The translations under genes and the position numbers were made by a program. The notes under the pieces are model-generated. The model searched no databases, was not told where the DNA came from, and saw only the letters and a program-made list of their open reading frames with translations. Positions 20,501 through 30,426 of a stretch of DNA of 64,000 bases are shown here, in pieces. The DNA comes from an uncultured cyanobacterium (GTDB lineage: Bacteria > Cyanobacteriota > Cyanobacteriia > Cyanobacteriales > CAWCAG01): the NCBI GenBank assembly GCA_963793425.1, contig CAWCAG010000005.1:576001-640000 (forward strand). Reading direction: 5' to 3'. Each line of letters starts with the position of its first letter. Within the stretch, counting starts at the first letter, position 1.

Positions 20501-22127
20501 CTACCTTGATTGGGGTAAACAAAGAGTGGCCGCAGGATATATGCAAGAAGCTTATTATTGCTATGGGCGTTGGGGGGCAAAAGCCAAAACCGACCACCTC
20601 GAAAGCAATTATCCTCATTTGCTAACTCAAATTTTTAATCAAGAGCAATCTGTTTCTAGCTGGGAAGAAACCGTTGTTGAATCTCACAGCAGCAAGGAAA
20701 GCTCTTCTTCAACTATCTCCCTTGCCTTAGATTTCGCTGCTGTTCTCAAAGCTTCTCAGAGCCTCTCAAAAGAGATTGAGCTAAACAAGTTGCTGGCAAC
20801 ATTACTAAAGCTGGTAATTGAGAATGCGGGAGCTAATAAATGCGTCCTTATGCTTAATGAATCTGGGCAGTTGCAAGTAGAGGCGGTTATGGAATTAGGG
20901 AAACCCCCCAATATTCGAGAATCAGTTCCCATTGAAGCCAGTCAAAATGTTGCTTTGCATTTAGTAAACACTGTTAAGCGAACCTTGCAATCTGCTGTCA
21001 TCATGGATGCAACGGTGCATTCCCCCTTAAGCAACGACTCCTACATCCAACAACATCAACCCAAGAGTTTGTTGTGTACTCCCATTCTTTATCAAGGCAA
21101 GTTATTGGGGCTAGTTTACCTAGAAAATAACTTAGTAGCAGAAGCCTTTACTGCTGACAGAGTGGAAATTGTCAACCTCCTTTGTACCCAGGCTGCTATT
21201 TCTATAGAAAATGCTCAACTCTATCAGCAACTAGAAGCATATTCCCATACCCTAGAAGAAAAAGTAGAAGCGAGAACTAGCGAGTTAAGAGCGGCTCAAC
21301 AACAAATGATTTCTCAAGAAAAACTTGCTTCATTAGGAGCTTTGACAGCAGGTGTGGCCCACGAACTACGCAACCCCCTCAACTTCGTCAATAATTATGC
21401 TGAAGGCTCTACTGAGTTGAGTGTAGACCTATTAGAAGCCATTGAAGAACAAGCAGAGGTGATTAACTCAGAGGATTTAGAGTACCTTAAGGAAATTGTT
21501 GTTGACCTTAAAGATAACGCTGCGGCAATCAAACAACATGGTCAAAGGGCTGCAAGCATCATCTTCAATATGATGCAGCACGCCCGTAGCGATGATAGTG
21601 GTAGCCAAAAAGTTAACCTCAACAAACTTCTAGAAGAAGCTAGGCAGTTGGCTTATCATAGTAAAAGAAGTGTTGATAATAACTTTAATATTACTTTTTC
21701 TACTCAGTATGATGATTCCATTGGAGAAGTTGAAGTATTTTCTTCTTCTTTGAACCGTGCTTTTATTAACCTGATTGACAATGCTTGTTATGCAGCTTGG
21801 AGCAAGTATCAAGAGCAAGGGAAACTTTTTGTTCCCACCTTATCCATAACAACCAAAAAGTTAACTGAACAAATAGAAATTCGCATCCGCGACAACGGTG
21901 CAGGAATTCCGGCTCAAGTGGCAGAGAAAATATTTGAGCCGTTTTTTACGACTAAACCCACCGGAGAGGGAACAGGATTAGGATTATCCCTAACCCACGA
22001 AATAATCGTCGGGCAACACCTAGGAACTTTACAACTAGAAACTGAACCAGATGCTTTTAGTGAATTTATTATCACCCTGCCCGATAGGGAGCTGGGGAGC
22101 TTGGGGGCTAGAAAGCTAGGGAGCTAG
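17505..22127 (+). CDS. Ser/Thr kinase - AAA ATPase - GAF - histidine kinase hybrid
   Basis: HKDIKPAN, SPEQTGRMNR, GFSGIGKT, GAF (YLENN), H-box AHELRNPLN, DNG.G, FFTTKP.G.GTGLGL. Confidence 0.93.
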   Translation: MNSAIDFENRLVGYRLAEQLYNSSITIVYRAIRVEDEHPVVVKFLKRDYPNFQELLQFRNQYTITKNLDLPGVIKTYALEYCGNSYALIVEDFGGISLKEYTKTHSLQLDEFLAIALQLSESLNGLYHNCIIHKDIKPANILIHPETKQVKLIDFSIASLLPKESQEISNPNVLEGTLAYISPEQTGRMNRGIDYRTDFYSLGVTFYELLTGKLPFTSNEVMELVHCHLAKTAEPFGSREWAAGSSDIPEVVEDIVMKLMAKNAEERYQSALGLKYDLEQCLSQWQETGTVEPFELGQRDIGDRFTIPEKLYGREAEVQTLLDAFERVAQGATEMMLVAGFSGIGKTVVVNEVHKPIVKQRGYFIKGKFDQFNRNIPFSAFVQAFRDLMGQLLGESDTELANWKAKILEAVGGNGQLFIEVIPELEQIIGHQPPVTELSGSAAQNRFNLLFQKFITVFTTPTHPLVMFLDDLQWADAASLGIIKILMGSRKTGHLLLVGAYRDNEVSPTHPLIISLAELEKNQAIITTITLKALTPHQLNQLVAETLSCSEALAQPLSELVSQKTQGNPFFTTQFLTRLHKEQLLTFNPNLGSWQCDLIPVVDAALTDNVVEFMAARLQQLPEATQKVLKLAACIGNKFDLETLAVVCEEAQEEVATALWAALQEGLVLPVTESYKFFQGERVDDQPNNNNNNKVSVGYRFLHDRIQQAAYSLIPDQQKETTHYHIGQLLLQKVEPHASTPVGLFVWHRKAHLKEVLPILQEGYTNALEVGNLEFAGYNAYGFCLNSFLSGQPLASLEPKNRSYCKSLVQLNQLASANYCRIYWQSILNLLGATEQPSTLSGEAMQETELLPLMTSAHDLFGISLFYLYKLMLCYLFEEVESAQNQAVEVRSYLTGLVGTVGEAVFYVYDSLTALSLPTEETSELLQQVEQNQRQLQQQWVQYAPMNYQHKFDLVEAEKCRVLGEKVEAIELYDKAIAGAKKHEYIQEEALANELAAKFYLDWGKQRVAAGYMQEAYYCYGRWGAKAKTDHLESNYPHLLTQIFNQEQSVSSWEETVVESHSSKESSSSTISLALDFAAVLKASQSLSKEIELNKLLATLLKLVIENAGANKCVLMLNESGQLQVEAVMELGKPPNIRESVPIEASQNVALHLVNTVKRTLQSAVIMDATVHSPLSNDSYIQQHQPKSLLCTPILYQGKLLGLVYLENNLVAEAFTADRVEIVNLLCTQAAISIENAQLYQQLEAYSHTLEEKVEARTSELRAAQQQMISQEKLASLGALTAGVAHELRNPLNFVNNYAEGSTELSVDLLEAIEEQAEVINSEDLEYLKEIVVDLKDNAAAIKQHGQRAASIIFNMMQHARSDDSGSQKVNLNKLLEEARQLAYHSKRSVDNNFNITFSTQYDDSIGEVEVFSSSLNRAFINLIDNACYAAWSKYQEQGKLFVPTLSITTKKLTEQIEIRIRDNGAGIPAQVAEKIFEPFFTTKPTGEGTGLGLSLTHEIIVGQHLGTLQLETEPDAFSEFIITLPDRELGSLGARKLGS

Positions 22128-22185
22128 GGAACTGGGGAAATTCCCAAAAACCAATGATCAATGTTTAATGATCAATGCTCAATGA

Positions 22186-22779
22186 TCAAGAGCTATAGCG
22201 CTCTTCTGCCCAGGGTTCTCCCCTAGTGTGATAACCGTTGCGCTCCCAGAAACCTAGTTCTTCATCTTTAAGAAATTCTAGACCACTAATCCATTTAGCA
22301 CTCTTCCATGCGTAAATATGGGGAATTACAGTCCGCATGGGGCCACCATGTTCTGGGGGTAAAGGTTCACCAAATAGTGTATGGGCGAAGAAATTATCTT
22401 CCCGAAGAAAATCATCAATGGCAACATTAGTGGTATAGCCACCATAACAATGTTCCATAACATGGTTAACTTGAGGGTCAAGCTCCAATAATTCCATGAA
22501 GTCGGTAATCTTAATTCCAGTCCACTGCACATCTAACTTTGACCAGCGAGTAACGCAATGGAAGTCTTTGGTAAAATCATGTTGAGGCAAACTCATCATA
22601 TCCGACCAACTAAAGGTTTTTGGTTCTACTAAACCCCAAACTTTTAGTTCCCACTCAGAAGTTTTAACTTTAGGGGCTGCACCGTAGGTAAGAACAGGAA
22701 AGCCATTGGTAAGATATTGTCCAGGAGGAGTGCGATCGCTGTTTTCTGGATCAGGTTTATTAAAAAATTTCCCTAGCAT
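22186..22779 (-). CDS. Sulfite oxidase-like molybdopterin oxidoreductase
   Basis: PPGQ, DFHCVTRWS, HGGP.R, YAWKSAKW, GFWERNGYH. Confidence 0.9.
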   Translation of the reverse strand: MLGKFFNKPDPENSDRTPPGQYLTNGFPVLTYGAAPKVKTSEWELKVWGLVEPKTFSWSDMMSLPQHDFTKDFHCVTRWSKLDVQWTGIKITDFMELLELDPQVNHVMEHCYGGYTTNVAIDDFLREDNFFAHTLFGEPLPPEHGGPMRTVIPHIYAWKSAKWISGLEFLKDEELGFWERNGYHTRGEPWAEERYSS

Positions 22780-22885
22780 AATTGTGTAAAGGCTAATGGC
22801 TAATTGCTGAAGTTTGAGATACCGGGTTTGGGGGGAAATATTTAAGCTGCAACCCGGTTAAGCAGGAAATTTATCTAGTTTGAGT

Positions 22886-23062
22886 TTACTCTTCGTCGTC
22901 TTCTTCCTCGTCTTCAGGATAAACAAAGCTATTAGAGCGCCCTGTAAGTATAGATTTTCCTAAAGAAAGGGCTTTTTTCGCTTCAAATTCAGCTTTGCGT
23001 TTCCAGTGGCTTCTACGCTGGTTACGTTTAGATTTGGATGTTTTCTTCTTGGGGACAGCCAT
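22886..23062 (-). CDS. rpmF: 50S ribosomal protein L32 (58 aa, not in ORF track)
   Basis: Translated by eye: [58 protein letters not shown]. Confidence 0.96.
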   Translation of the reverse strand: MAVPKKKTSKSKRNQRRSHWKRKAEFEAKKALSLGKSILTGRSNSFVYPEDEEEDDEE

Positions 23063-23132
23063 GGTTATTTGTAACTTATTTCAAGACAACCTTTATATTT
23101 TAGAAGATCGACAGGCAATTATTTTATCTTTA

Positions 23133-23924
23133 TTATGGGTTGGTAGTTTCTGGTTGCTCATCCCTTTCCTGTTCATTGAGTTCTATACCAGAATTAGTGC
23201 CATCATTTCTTGAACCATTATTAGCAGGAGAACGATCTTCATTTTCCACATCACTTTCTGAAGTTCTTGTCGGGGTAGAAACAGGTTCAGAAGCTCCTGT
23301 ATTGCTACCTGGTGTTGGTACAGGTGGCTCTCCTGGTCGCCTAGGAATCCTGGTAGGAGGAGAATTCAAGGTTTCTCCGGTTTGGGGTACGCCTTCTGTT
23401 GGGGGGGCACCTTGGGGTATTGGTAAATTACCGTTACGAGGGGTTGGGGTTGGGGCAGATCCTCCTGGGTTATCTTCTGTATCTATAGCGGTTTCAAAGT
23501 TAAGTAATGCCTCGGCATTGGGCATATAACTAACCCAGAATCGTGCATCTGGTTGTCTGTTCCATTCTTGGCGACTAACTTCCACCATCATAATCGGTGC
23601 GATCGCCCCTTTGTTTTCCCCAGAAATAGTGACTTTAACTTCTGTGATTAAGATATCTCTATCAAAACTACGTTGAACTGCTGCCCTGGCTACAGCTAAC
23701 CCTCTTGCTAACATAGTTTGATAAGCTTCCCCAGGCTGACGGTTAAGATTAACATCTACACGGGCAACATAAGCTTGGGCAACTTGCGGGGCAATTATTT
23801 CTAAACCTAACCAACTTAGACCCGTTAAACTCAGGATAGTGGCTGCTCCTAGGGCCGGTAAATTTCTTCGTTTTGAGGTAAATTGACTAAAAATTTTTGG
23901 GTTATTTCTTTTTACTTTTGACAT
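23133..23924 (-). CDS. Exported hypothetical protein with Pro-rich tail
   Basis: Signal-like segment ending AQA; globular middle (RAAVQRSFDRDIL); low-complexity C-terminus. Confidence 0.75.
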   Translation of the reverse strand: MSKVKRNNPKIFSQFTSKRRNLPALGAATILSLTGLSWLGLEIIAPQVAQAYVARVDVNLNRQPGEAYQTMLARGLAVARAAVQRSFDRDILITEVKVTISGENKGAIAPIMMVEVSRQEWNRQPDARFWVSYMPNAEALLNFETAIDTEDNPGGSAPTPTPRNGNLPIPQGAPPTEGVPQTGETLNSPPTRIPRRPGEPPVPTPGSNTGASEPVSTPTRTSESDVENEDRSPANNGSRNDGTNSGIELNEQERDEQPETTNP

Positions 23925-24156
23925 AAGATTAACTCCTGATTGTTCTTAGGGGGCTTACAATAGTTAGTAAATTAAGTTTTTATGGAACTAGATTACAGTT
24001 CCCAAGCAGCAGCACCAATAACTATTATTTTTCTTTTTAAGTTAATTTTTCTACTACTTAAGGGCTGATAATCGTCTTAAACTAGAAACTAAATTTCGTT
24101 TCTGGCTCCAATTTCTGAAGCATTAGCTGCTTATAAATTATTGAGGCAGACAGTAG

Positions 24157-26043
24157 ATGGCAAAATACTCTTGTATAGCGGTTGGTATTAATCAGTATCA
24201 GTTCCTGCAACCTTTAAGTTACGCTCAAGCAGATGCTTTTGGCTTACGGCAATTTTTCGTTAAAGAAACAAATCTGTCTCCTCAACAATGTTTGCTGCTC
24301 ACAGAAGCTTCTCCTTGGGTAGAAAGGCAATCTACCTACCCCACTAAGGAAAATATTTTAAGCTGGCTAGAAAAAAGCAGTACAGAAACCGGGAAGCCCA
24401 ATATTCTCTGGTTTTTGTTTAGTGGCTATGGTATTAACTGGCAAGGGGAAGATTATTTAATACCCATAGATGGCAACCCTAAAGATATTCCCAATACAGC
24501 AATACCTTTGGAATCACTATTAACTACTTTGCAGAAGCAAGCAGGGGATAATGTCTTAGTATTGCTGGATATTAACCGTTCCCCAGGCATCTTTGCAGGG
24601 GCATCCGTCGGGGCGCAAACCGCAGCTTTGGCTAGGGAAATGGGTATTGCTTTGATTCTCTCTACCCAGGTTAATGAATATTCCCATGAATCAGCTAGCC
24701 TTGGTCGCGGATTTTTTACAGAAGCGCTTTTAGAAGCCCTTGACTACTATCACGAAGATTTAACCTTAGAAGTCTTAGAAAACTACCTTCGTTACCGCCT
24801 ACCGGAAATTGGCGAACATCATTGGCGACCGGCCCAAACCCCGATTATAATTACCCCATCTCCTCAAGCTGGTAAAGGGAAAATTCTTCCTGGCAGCAAT
24901 GAAGTGATTAGTTGGAATTATAATTCAGATTGTGGCAAAAATACCTCAAATTCTGCCTCAACTGATGTAGGAGAAAAGGTAGTTAATCACCACAATAATG
25001 GTGCAGGAAAAGTTCATCAAACCGGGGTTTTAGATGTAGAAGAAATATCTCCTCATAGTTCTTTGCCCTCCCAGAACAATAATAATGGTAATGGTAATGG
25101 TAATGGTAGTTCAGCCATTGTTTTCAAACCTAAGCCACCTCAAAAAAAGAACCAAAATTGGTCAGACTTGATACTTTGGGGAGGAGGAACAGCTTTAGCT
25201 ACGGCTTTAATTATCGCTGCTGTAGCCATTACTAAGCAAGATAATACTAGACAAGAAAGTTTTGCCCAAACCCAAGGACAAGTAGAAGCAGTAACCCCCA
25301 GTAGTTCCCCAGCCACTGATGACAATACTCCGGTTATACCTCCCAACCCCCAAGTAACTATCTCTGCGGCACAGGCTCCTACTCCCCCTCAACCAACAGC
25401 TTTTTCTAGCTCGGAAATTCCCCCAGAATCTCCCCCTTTACAGGCTACCAATCAAGGGATCTTAAACCAAGCCAGAACCTACATCCAAGCTAATCAAGCT
25501 TCTGGTTTTAATCAAGCTATCAACGAAGTCCGCAAAATTCAACCAGGGCAACCGTTTTATGAACAAGCCCAAGCTGATATAACTCGCTGGAGCCAAGTTA
25601 TTTTAGATATTGCCCAAGGTAGGGCGAATCAAGGTAACTTTGATGGGGCGATCGCCGCAGCAAAATTAGTCCCCCGCGATCGTCAAAGGATTCATAACGA
25701 TGCCCAAACTTCTATCCCCAAATGGGCTGCCCAAGGGGAACAACAAAAGAATAATCAACTGATTCTCCAAGGAGCAAAAGAACAAATTCGCCCCAATCAA
25801 GCTTCTTCCTACAACCAAGGAATTAATACCCTGAAACGCATTCCTCAAGGGCAATCAGGCTATCAACAAGCCCAAGAGTTAACCGGGCAATGGAGCCGTC
25901 AGATTTATTTAATTGCCAATTCCCGTGCCGCTAGGGGGGATTTTTCCCAAGCAGTTAATACAGCCGTGTTAGTTCCCAAAGATACCCCTTCTTATACCCA
26001 AGCTCAACAGGCGGTCGCCCGTTGGCAGAAAGGAGAAAGGTGA
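24157..26043 (+). CDS. Caspase-family (C14) pseudo-orthocaspase with TM segment and C-terminal repeats
   Basis: AVGINQY...L.YAQADA; catalytic positions read FSGYG and LDINR instead of FSGHG / LDACR. Confidence 0.85.
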   Translation: MAKYSCIAVGINQYQFLQPLSYAQADAFGLRQFFVKETNLSPQQCLLLTEASPWVERQSTYPTKENILSWLEKSSTETGKPNILWFLFSGYGINWQGEDYLIPIDGNPKDIPNTAIPLESLLTTLQKQAGDNVLVLLDINRSPGIFAGASVGAQTAALAREMGIALILSTQVNEYSHESASLGRGFFTEALLEALDYYHEDLTLEVLENYLRYRLPEIGEHHWRPAQTPIIITPSPQAGKGKILPGSNEVISWNYNSDCGKNTSNSASTDVGEKVVNHHNNGAGKVHQTGVLDVEEISPHSSLPSQNNNNGNGNGNGSSAIVFKPKPPQKKNQNWSDLILWGGGTALATALIIAAVAITKQDNTRQESFAQTQGQVEAVTPSSSPATDDNTPVIPPNPQVTISAAQAPTPPQPTAFSSSEIPPESPPLQATNQGILNQARTYIQANQASGFNQAINEVRKIQPGQPFYEQAQADITRWSQVILDIAQGRANQGNFDGAIAAAKLVPRDRQRIHNDAQTSIPKWAAQGEQQKNNQLILQGAKEQIRPNQASSYNQGINTLKRIPQGQSGYQQAQELTGQWSRQIYLIANSRAARGDFSQAVNTAVLVPKDTPSYTQAQQAVARWQKGER

Positions 26044-26130
26044 TGGGCTGGGGAACTGGGGAGATAGAATATTTAGCAATTAGCAACTAGCCATTAGCCA
26101 TTAGCCATTAGCCATTAGCCGTTATTAATT

Positions 26131-26625
26131 ATGAATCAAGATGCTTCTACTCTCCGTTTAGCCACAAAAATTGAAGCTATTTTATATCTTAAAGCTCAGC
26201 CTCTCTCTTTAACAGCAATTTCTGAATTTGCAGGGTGCGATCGCGACCGAGTTGAAGATGCTTTAATAGAATTAATGTCTGACTATTCCCGTCGTGACAG
26301 TGCTTTAGAAGTAGTTGAAGCTCCTACGGGTTATAGCTTACAACTGCGTTCCTCTTGTCAAAGTTTATTGACTAACTTGGTTCCTGCTGAACTCGGAACA
26401 GGGGCATTACGTACCTTAGCTGCGATCGCTCTTAAGGGTAAAATCTTACAGACGGATCTTATTGAGCTACGGGGTAGTAGTGCTTACCAACAAGTTCAAG
26501 AACTAGTAGAATTAGGCTTAATTCGTAAGCGTCGCCAAGTTGACGGGCGCTCCTATTGGTTAGAAGTGACAGAGCAATTTCATCAGTATTTTGAAGTAGA
26601 CGAACTCTCTCAAGTGGTAGGTTGA
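26131..26625 (+). CDS. scpB: SMC-Scp complex subunit ScpB
   Basis: KIEAILY, ALRTLAAIA, IELRG, T..F..YF. Confidence 0.92.
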   Translation: MNQDASTLRLATKIEAILYLKAQPLSLTAISEFAGCDRDRVEDALIELMSDYSRRDSALEVVEAPTGYSLQLRSSCQSLLTNLVPAELGTGALRTLAAIALKGKILQTDLIELRGSSAYQQVQELVELGLIRKRRQVDGRSYWLEVTEQFHQYFEVDELSQVVG

Positions 26626-26753
26626 ACTTGAAGATATACAAAATCGATCTAAGATAGAAACAGTTTTCCTAACCAATTTTCACCGAAATCAATCTCAAAC
26701 CATAGTTTTAGCTTGAAATTAAAACAAGCAAATTTAACTTTAAACATTTAGTA

Positions 26754-27083
26754 ATGGTAATTAACCCAGACTTTCTCAATTTCGATTCAGAAGACAAACA
26801 AGTTAACGCTCTATTGGAATATCTCCAACAACAAAATCCCGATATCTTAGAAAAAGTCGCTCGTTCTGCTAGTGCTGACATTAAACAAATTATTTCTCAA
26901 AATGTCCAAGGTTTAGTAGGGATGTTACCTTCAGAGCATTTTCAGGTTCAAGTTACCACAGACAAAGAAAACTTAGCAAGCTTGTTGGCTTCTGCAATGA
27001 TGACGGGTTACTTTTTGCGACAAATGGAACAGCGTATGGAATTAGAAGAGACTTTGACAGATTCTGGTTCTATTAGCTCATGA
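26754..27083 (+). CDS. DUF760 family protein
   Basis: NVQGLVGMLP, ENLA.LLASAMMTGYFLRQMEQR. Confidence 0.9.
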   Translation: MVINPDFLNFDSEDKQVNALLEYLQQQNPDILEKVARSASADIKQIISQNVQGLVGMLPSEHFQVQVTTDKENLASLLASAMMTGYFLRQMEQRMELEETLTDSGSISS

Positions 27084-27124
27084 AAGAATCATAAATCGAC
27101 TTGAGTAAGCAACTATCTAACTCT

Positions 27125-27260
27125 ATACCAAATCCGGTTATTAAACTCCCGTTGTAGAATTCAATCAACAAAGTTTCACTCCCCTTGTTCCCTACTCCCT
27201 ACTCCCTACTCCCTACTCCCTAACCTCACAAATAATCTGTGCAAACACCGATTTAGTATT
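27125..27260. mobile_element. Two-ended family A MITE-like element
   Basis: Left ATACCAAATCCGG, right CCGATTTAGTAT (rc ATACTAAATCGG); internal CCCTACT heptamers. Confidence 0.65.
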
Positions 27261-27335
27261 AGTACTTGCTGTATGGCGAAGCGATATGTATATACTTAAC
27301 TTGAGGAAAGTTAGAGGAAAAAGCACCCGTAAACC

Positions 27336-28157
27336 ATGAACTTTTCTTCAGGAAGGCAAAATTTTAAGGCAGAAGTTCAGCAATCAGATGAAAAAGTTGA
27401 TCTTGCTAAAGCAGCTCTTTATTTAGCTCAAGAAGAGTATCCTCAACTGCCAGTACACAAATATCTTGATTTGTTAGACAAAATGGCAGGGGTTGTCATA
27501 GAAGAGTTACCCGCAGAGCGTTATCCCCTGCGAATTATTCAAACCATTAATCGTTATCTTTACCAATCTCTAGGCTTCCAAGGAAATTCCCAAGATTATT
27601 ATAATCCTTGTAATAGTTTTTTGAACGATGTTCTCGAAAAACGCCAAGGTATTCCGATTACCCTTTCCTTGGTTTATTTAGAAATTGCCCGTCGGATCGG
27701 TTTTCCGATGGTGGGTATTGGTATGCCAGGGCATTTCTTAATTCGTCCTGATTTTGCAGAAGCAGGCATTTTTGTCGATGCTTTTAACCAAGGGGAAATT
27801 CTTTTTGAACAAGATTGCCAAGAAAAACTAAATCAACTTTACCAGCAACCAGTCGCTTTAGAAGAGCGTTTTTTTGCCCCAGTTACTAACCGCGAATTTC
27901 TTCAGCGTATGTTAAGTAACTTAAAGCACATCTATCTTAGTCAGCATCAACTTATTAAGGCTTTGACTATAGTCGAAAGAATCCTGTTGTTAGTCCCTAA
28001 TTCCCCCCAAGAAACTAGGGATAGAGGCATTATTTATTACCAGTTAGGAGAGTTGGCTAGGGCTAACCAAGATTTGCAGAAATATTTAGATATTGCCCCC
28101 CAAGCAGAAGATTTAGCCCTGATTGTTCAGTTGATTGAACAAATTAAGCAATCTTAG
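27336..28157 (+). CDS. SirB1 / transglutaminase-like TPR protein
   Basis: GFQGN..DYY.P.NSFLN.VL..RQGIPITL, GMPGHFL, RDRG. Confidence 0.9.
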   Translation: MNFSSGRQNFKAEVQQSDEKVDLAKAALYLAQEEYPQLPVHKYLDLLDKMAGVVIEELPAERYPLRIIQTINRYLYQSLGFQGNSQDYYNPCNSFLNDVLEKRQGIPITLSLVYLEIARRIGFPMVGIGMPGHFLIRPDFAEAGIFVDAFNQGEILFEQDCQEKLNQLYQQPVALEERFFAPVTNREFLQRMLSNLKHIYLSQHQLIKALTIVERILLLVPNSPQETRDRGIIYYQLGELARANQDLQKYLDIAPQAEDLALIVQLIEQIKQS

Positions 28158-28251
28158 GAATAAATGATATTGTTCAGGGAGTTGCCGTGTCGCCGTTTAA
28201 CCAAGAATTCGAGATTCTGGCAGGTATTTTATTTCAGTGCCAGCCCCTAAG

Positions 28252-30228
28252 TTAATAGTTAAGTTTTTGTTCGTCGGTATAAAAACGGTAGAAATAGTAA
28301 CCATCCACAAAGGATTGTTCATCAGCTACATGGTGGATGATACCTTTTTCTATCAGCATCTGTCCCAGTTCTACAGCTTCTTGGCGACTACATTGTTGCT
28401 TTTCCACAAGCCAATCTACGGCTTCTGAACCCAGGAAACAATAACGATAACGTTTAAATCGATAATTCCTGTCTTGAATTTCTAGCCCTTGTGTCCCTCG
28501 CATTGCTTTTACTAAGGTTTCTATTTCCCTGGGGGTTAGTTCGTTAGGCTCATGGCTAATTTCTACTAAGGGCTGCTCCCGATCTTTGTGATCTGAAGGA
28601 GGTTCTTGAGTTTCAAAGTTGGCGAAGTCAGCAACTATTTCTGGGTCAAAATCAGTACTATTATGATTAGCCCCACCGTTTTTATTTAACCAAGTGCTGA
28701 TTAATTCTTCTAACACAGGCGATCGCAAATTCAAGTCTCTTTGAGGAAAAGGAACTTCGATATTATGACGGCGTAAGCTTTCATCAATGCCATAGTTAAG
28801 ATCACTTTTGATGCGGGGTTGTTCTTGGGGTTCTTTTGTCCAAACCAGTAGTTCAAAGTTAAGGGAACTATCACCAAATTCTTGGAACCAAACTTCTGGT
28901 TTCGGTCTATAAAGTACATCATTATGACCTGTTGCTGCTTCCAAAAGGGCTGTTTTAACTTCTTTTATGTTTGAGCCATAGGCAACTCCTACAGGAACTT
29001 TGAGGCGGGTAATAGAGTTCCCATGGCGGCGGTTGATTACTTCATTTTGTAGAAAGCTGGAGTTAGGAACAATTATAGCTACTTGATCTAAAGTTAAAAT
29101 CTCTGTGCTACGAGCGCCGATACGTTTGATGATTCCTTCTAGCCCCTTAATTTCTACGAAATCGCCAACTTTGATAGGTTGCTCGATAGTAATAATAACT
29201 CCACTAATAAAGTTGTTAGCAATGTTTTGTACTCCGAAGCCAATACCTACTCCCAAAGCACTAGCAAAAATAGCTAAAGAACTAACATCTACTCCCCAAA
29301 TTTGCAGAATCAGAATAACGCCAAAAAAGGTCAGCAGATATTGACTAATGAAACTTAGTACTTGCTCTAGTCCTTTATCAGCACCAATTTTACTAAAAAC
29401 GTGAATTTTTAGTAATTTTATAAAACTGCGAACTCCAAACCAAATACCAATAATGAAAACCAATAAAAGTAGGAGTTGTAGGATAGAGTAAGGTTTATCT
29501 CCTATGGTGATTAAAGGATAAAACAGAAAGGTAAGAATTCTATAGCGCCATCCCCTAGTTTGAGGAAAAATATCAGTGATATAGTAAGCTGTACCAAACC
29601 ATAAAGTTATTTGTGATATTAACCAAAACAACCTTAAGCTATTGATGGTTGGCTGCTGTACAGATTGGGAAAAATTAATATTAGCTAATAATTTTCTTGA
29701 TTGCTTGACTGTAAAACGACCTAAAAATTTAATGAGATAATGAACTGCGATCGCAATAGCCAATGCTACCAAGCTAAGTAGTAAACCGCGACGATAGTAA
29801 GATAACCTACGCTCTTCTTGACCTCTTTTTAAAGCTTGCTTAATACGCCTTTGCCAAACAGAAGCTTGGCGATGGGGAGTTAAACTATTAGCTAAGTCTC
29901 CTTGAGTTACAGTTAAGATATGATCTTCTTCTCCTTTCGCACGAATAACTACCGAACCTTCTTCTTCTGCTACTTCAATTTCTACTTTTTGGGAAGAGTT
30001 AACTAGTTTCTCTAAGGTTTCATTAACAAGCTCAGCCCGCTCAAAAGCTGATAGGCTAGCAAATTCTTGTACTTTAAATAATTCTTCACCATCTAGCATT
30101 ACAGGGGCTTTCCCCAAGTTGGGATTCCAAGGTATTTGAGCTAGGCTAGGAGTGGGAGTTATGATTATTAATAAAGTTAGCAAACCAAGCAAAGTAGCTA
30201 ACCAAGGTCGTTTAAAGAATCGGCTCAT
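28252..30228 (-). CDS. MscS-family mechanosensitive channel with C-terminal DEP domain
   Basis: GIGFG.QN..NNFISG, VGVAYGS, FGDSSLNFEL, PFPQRD; tail CFLGSEAVDWL...G..L...G.IHHV.DE..F.DGYYFYRF. Confidence 0.9.
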   Translation of the reverse strand: MSRFFKRPWLATLLGLLTLLIIITPTPSLAQIPWNPNLGKAPVMLDGEELFKVQEFASLSAFERAELVNETLEKLVNSSQKVEIEVAEEEGSVVIRAKGEEDHILTVTQGDLANSLTPHRQASVWQRRIKQALKRGQEERRLSYYRRGLLLSLVALAIAIAVHYLIKFLGRFTVKQSRKLLANINFSQSVQQPTINSLRLFWLISQITLWFGTAYYITDIFPQTRGWRYRILTFLFYPLITIGDKPYSILQLLLLLVFIIGIWFGVRSFIKLLKIHVFSKIGADKGLEQVLSFISQYLLTFFGVILILQIWGVDVSSLAIFASALGVGIGFGVQNIANNFISGVIITIEQPIKVGDFVEIKGLEGIIKRIGARSTEILTLDQVAIIVPNSSFLQNEVINRRHGNSITRLKVPVGVAYGSNIKEVKTALLEAATGHNDVLYRPKPEVWFQEFGDSSLNFELLVWTKEPQEQPRIKSDLNYGIDESLRRHNIEVPFPQRDLNLRSPVLEELISTWLNKNGGANHNSTDFDPEIVADFANFETQEPPSDHKDREQPLVEISHEPNELTPREIETLVKAMRGTQGLEIQDRNYRFKRYRYCFLGSEAVDWLVEKQQCSRQEAVELGQMLIEKGIIHHVADEQSFVDGYYFYRFYTDEQKLNY

Positions 30229-30426
30229 TTTAGTTTTTATTTTGTTCCCAAACTTGATATTAAAAATAATAATTAAAGTCTTGTTTTGTTCTTCTTTGAC
30301 ATGATATTATCTATATAGTGGAGAAGATGCGCTCTTGAAAAATAGTTTTCAAAACTGCTATCACTTTAGAGTGACTCTCAACTCTTAAAAATTGGAATTG
30401 AATACAAAGTTTAAATTTGAGTGTCC

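Noticed and set aside
22995..23213. 72-aa hydrophobic + strand ORF
   Set aside because: Overlaps rpmF and the next gene on the opposite strand.
26070..26122. TTAGCCA and similar heptamer runs (also ~33860, ~41548, ~47695)
   Set aside because: Ordinary cyanobacterial STRR repeats.
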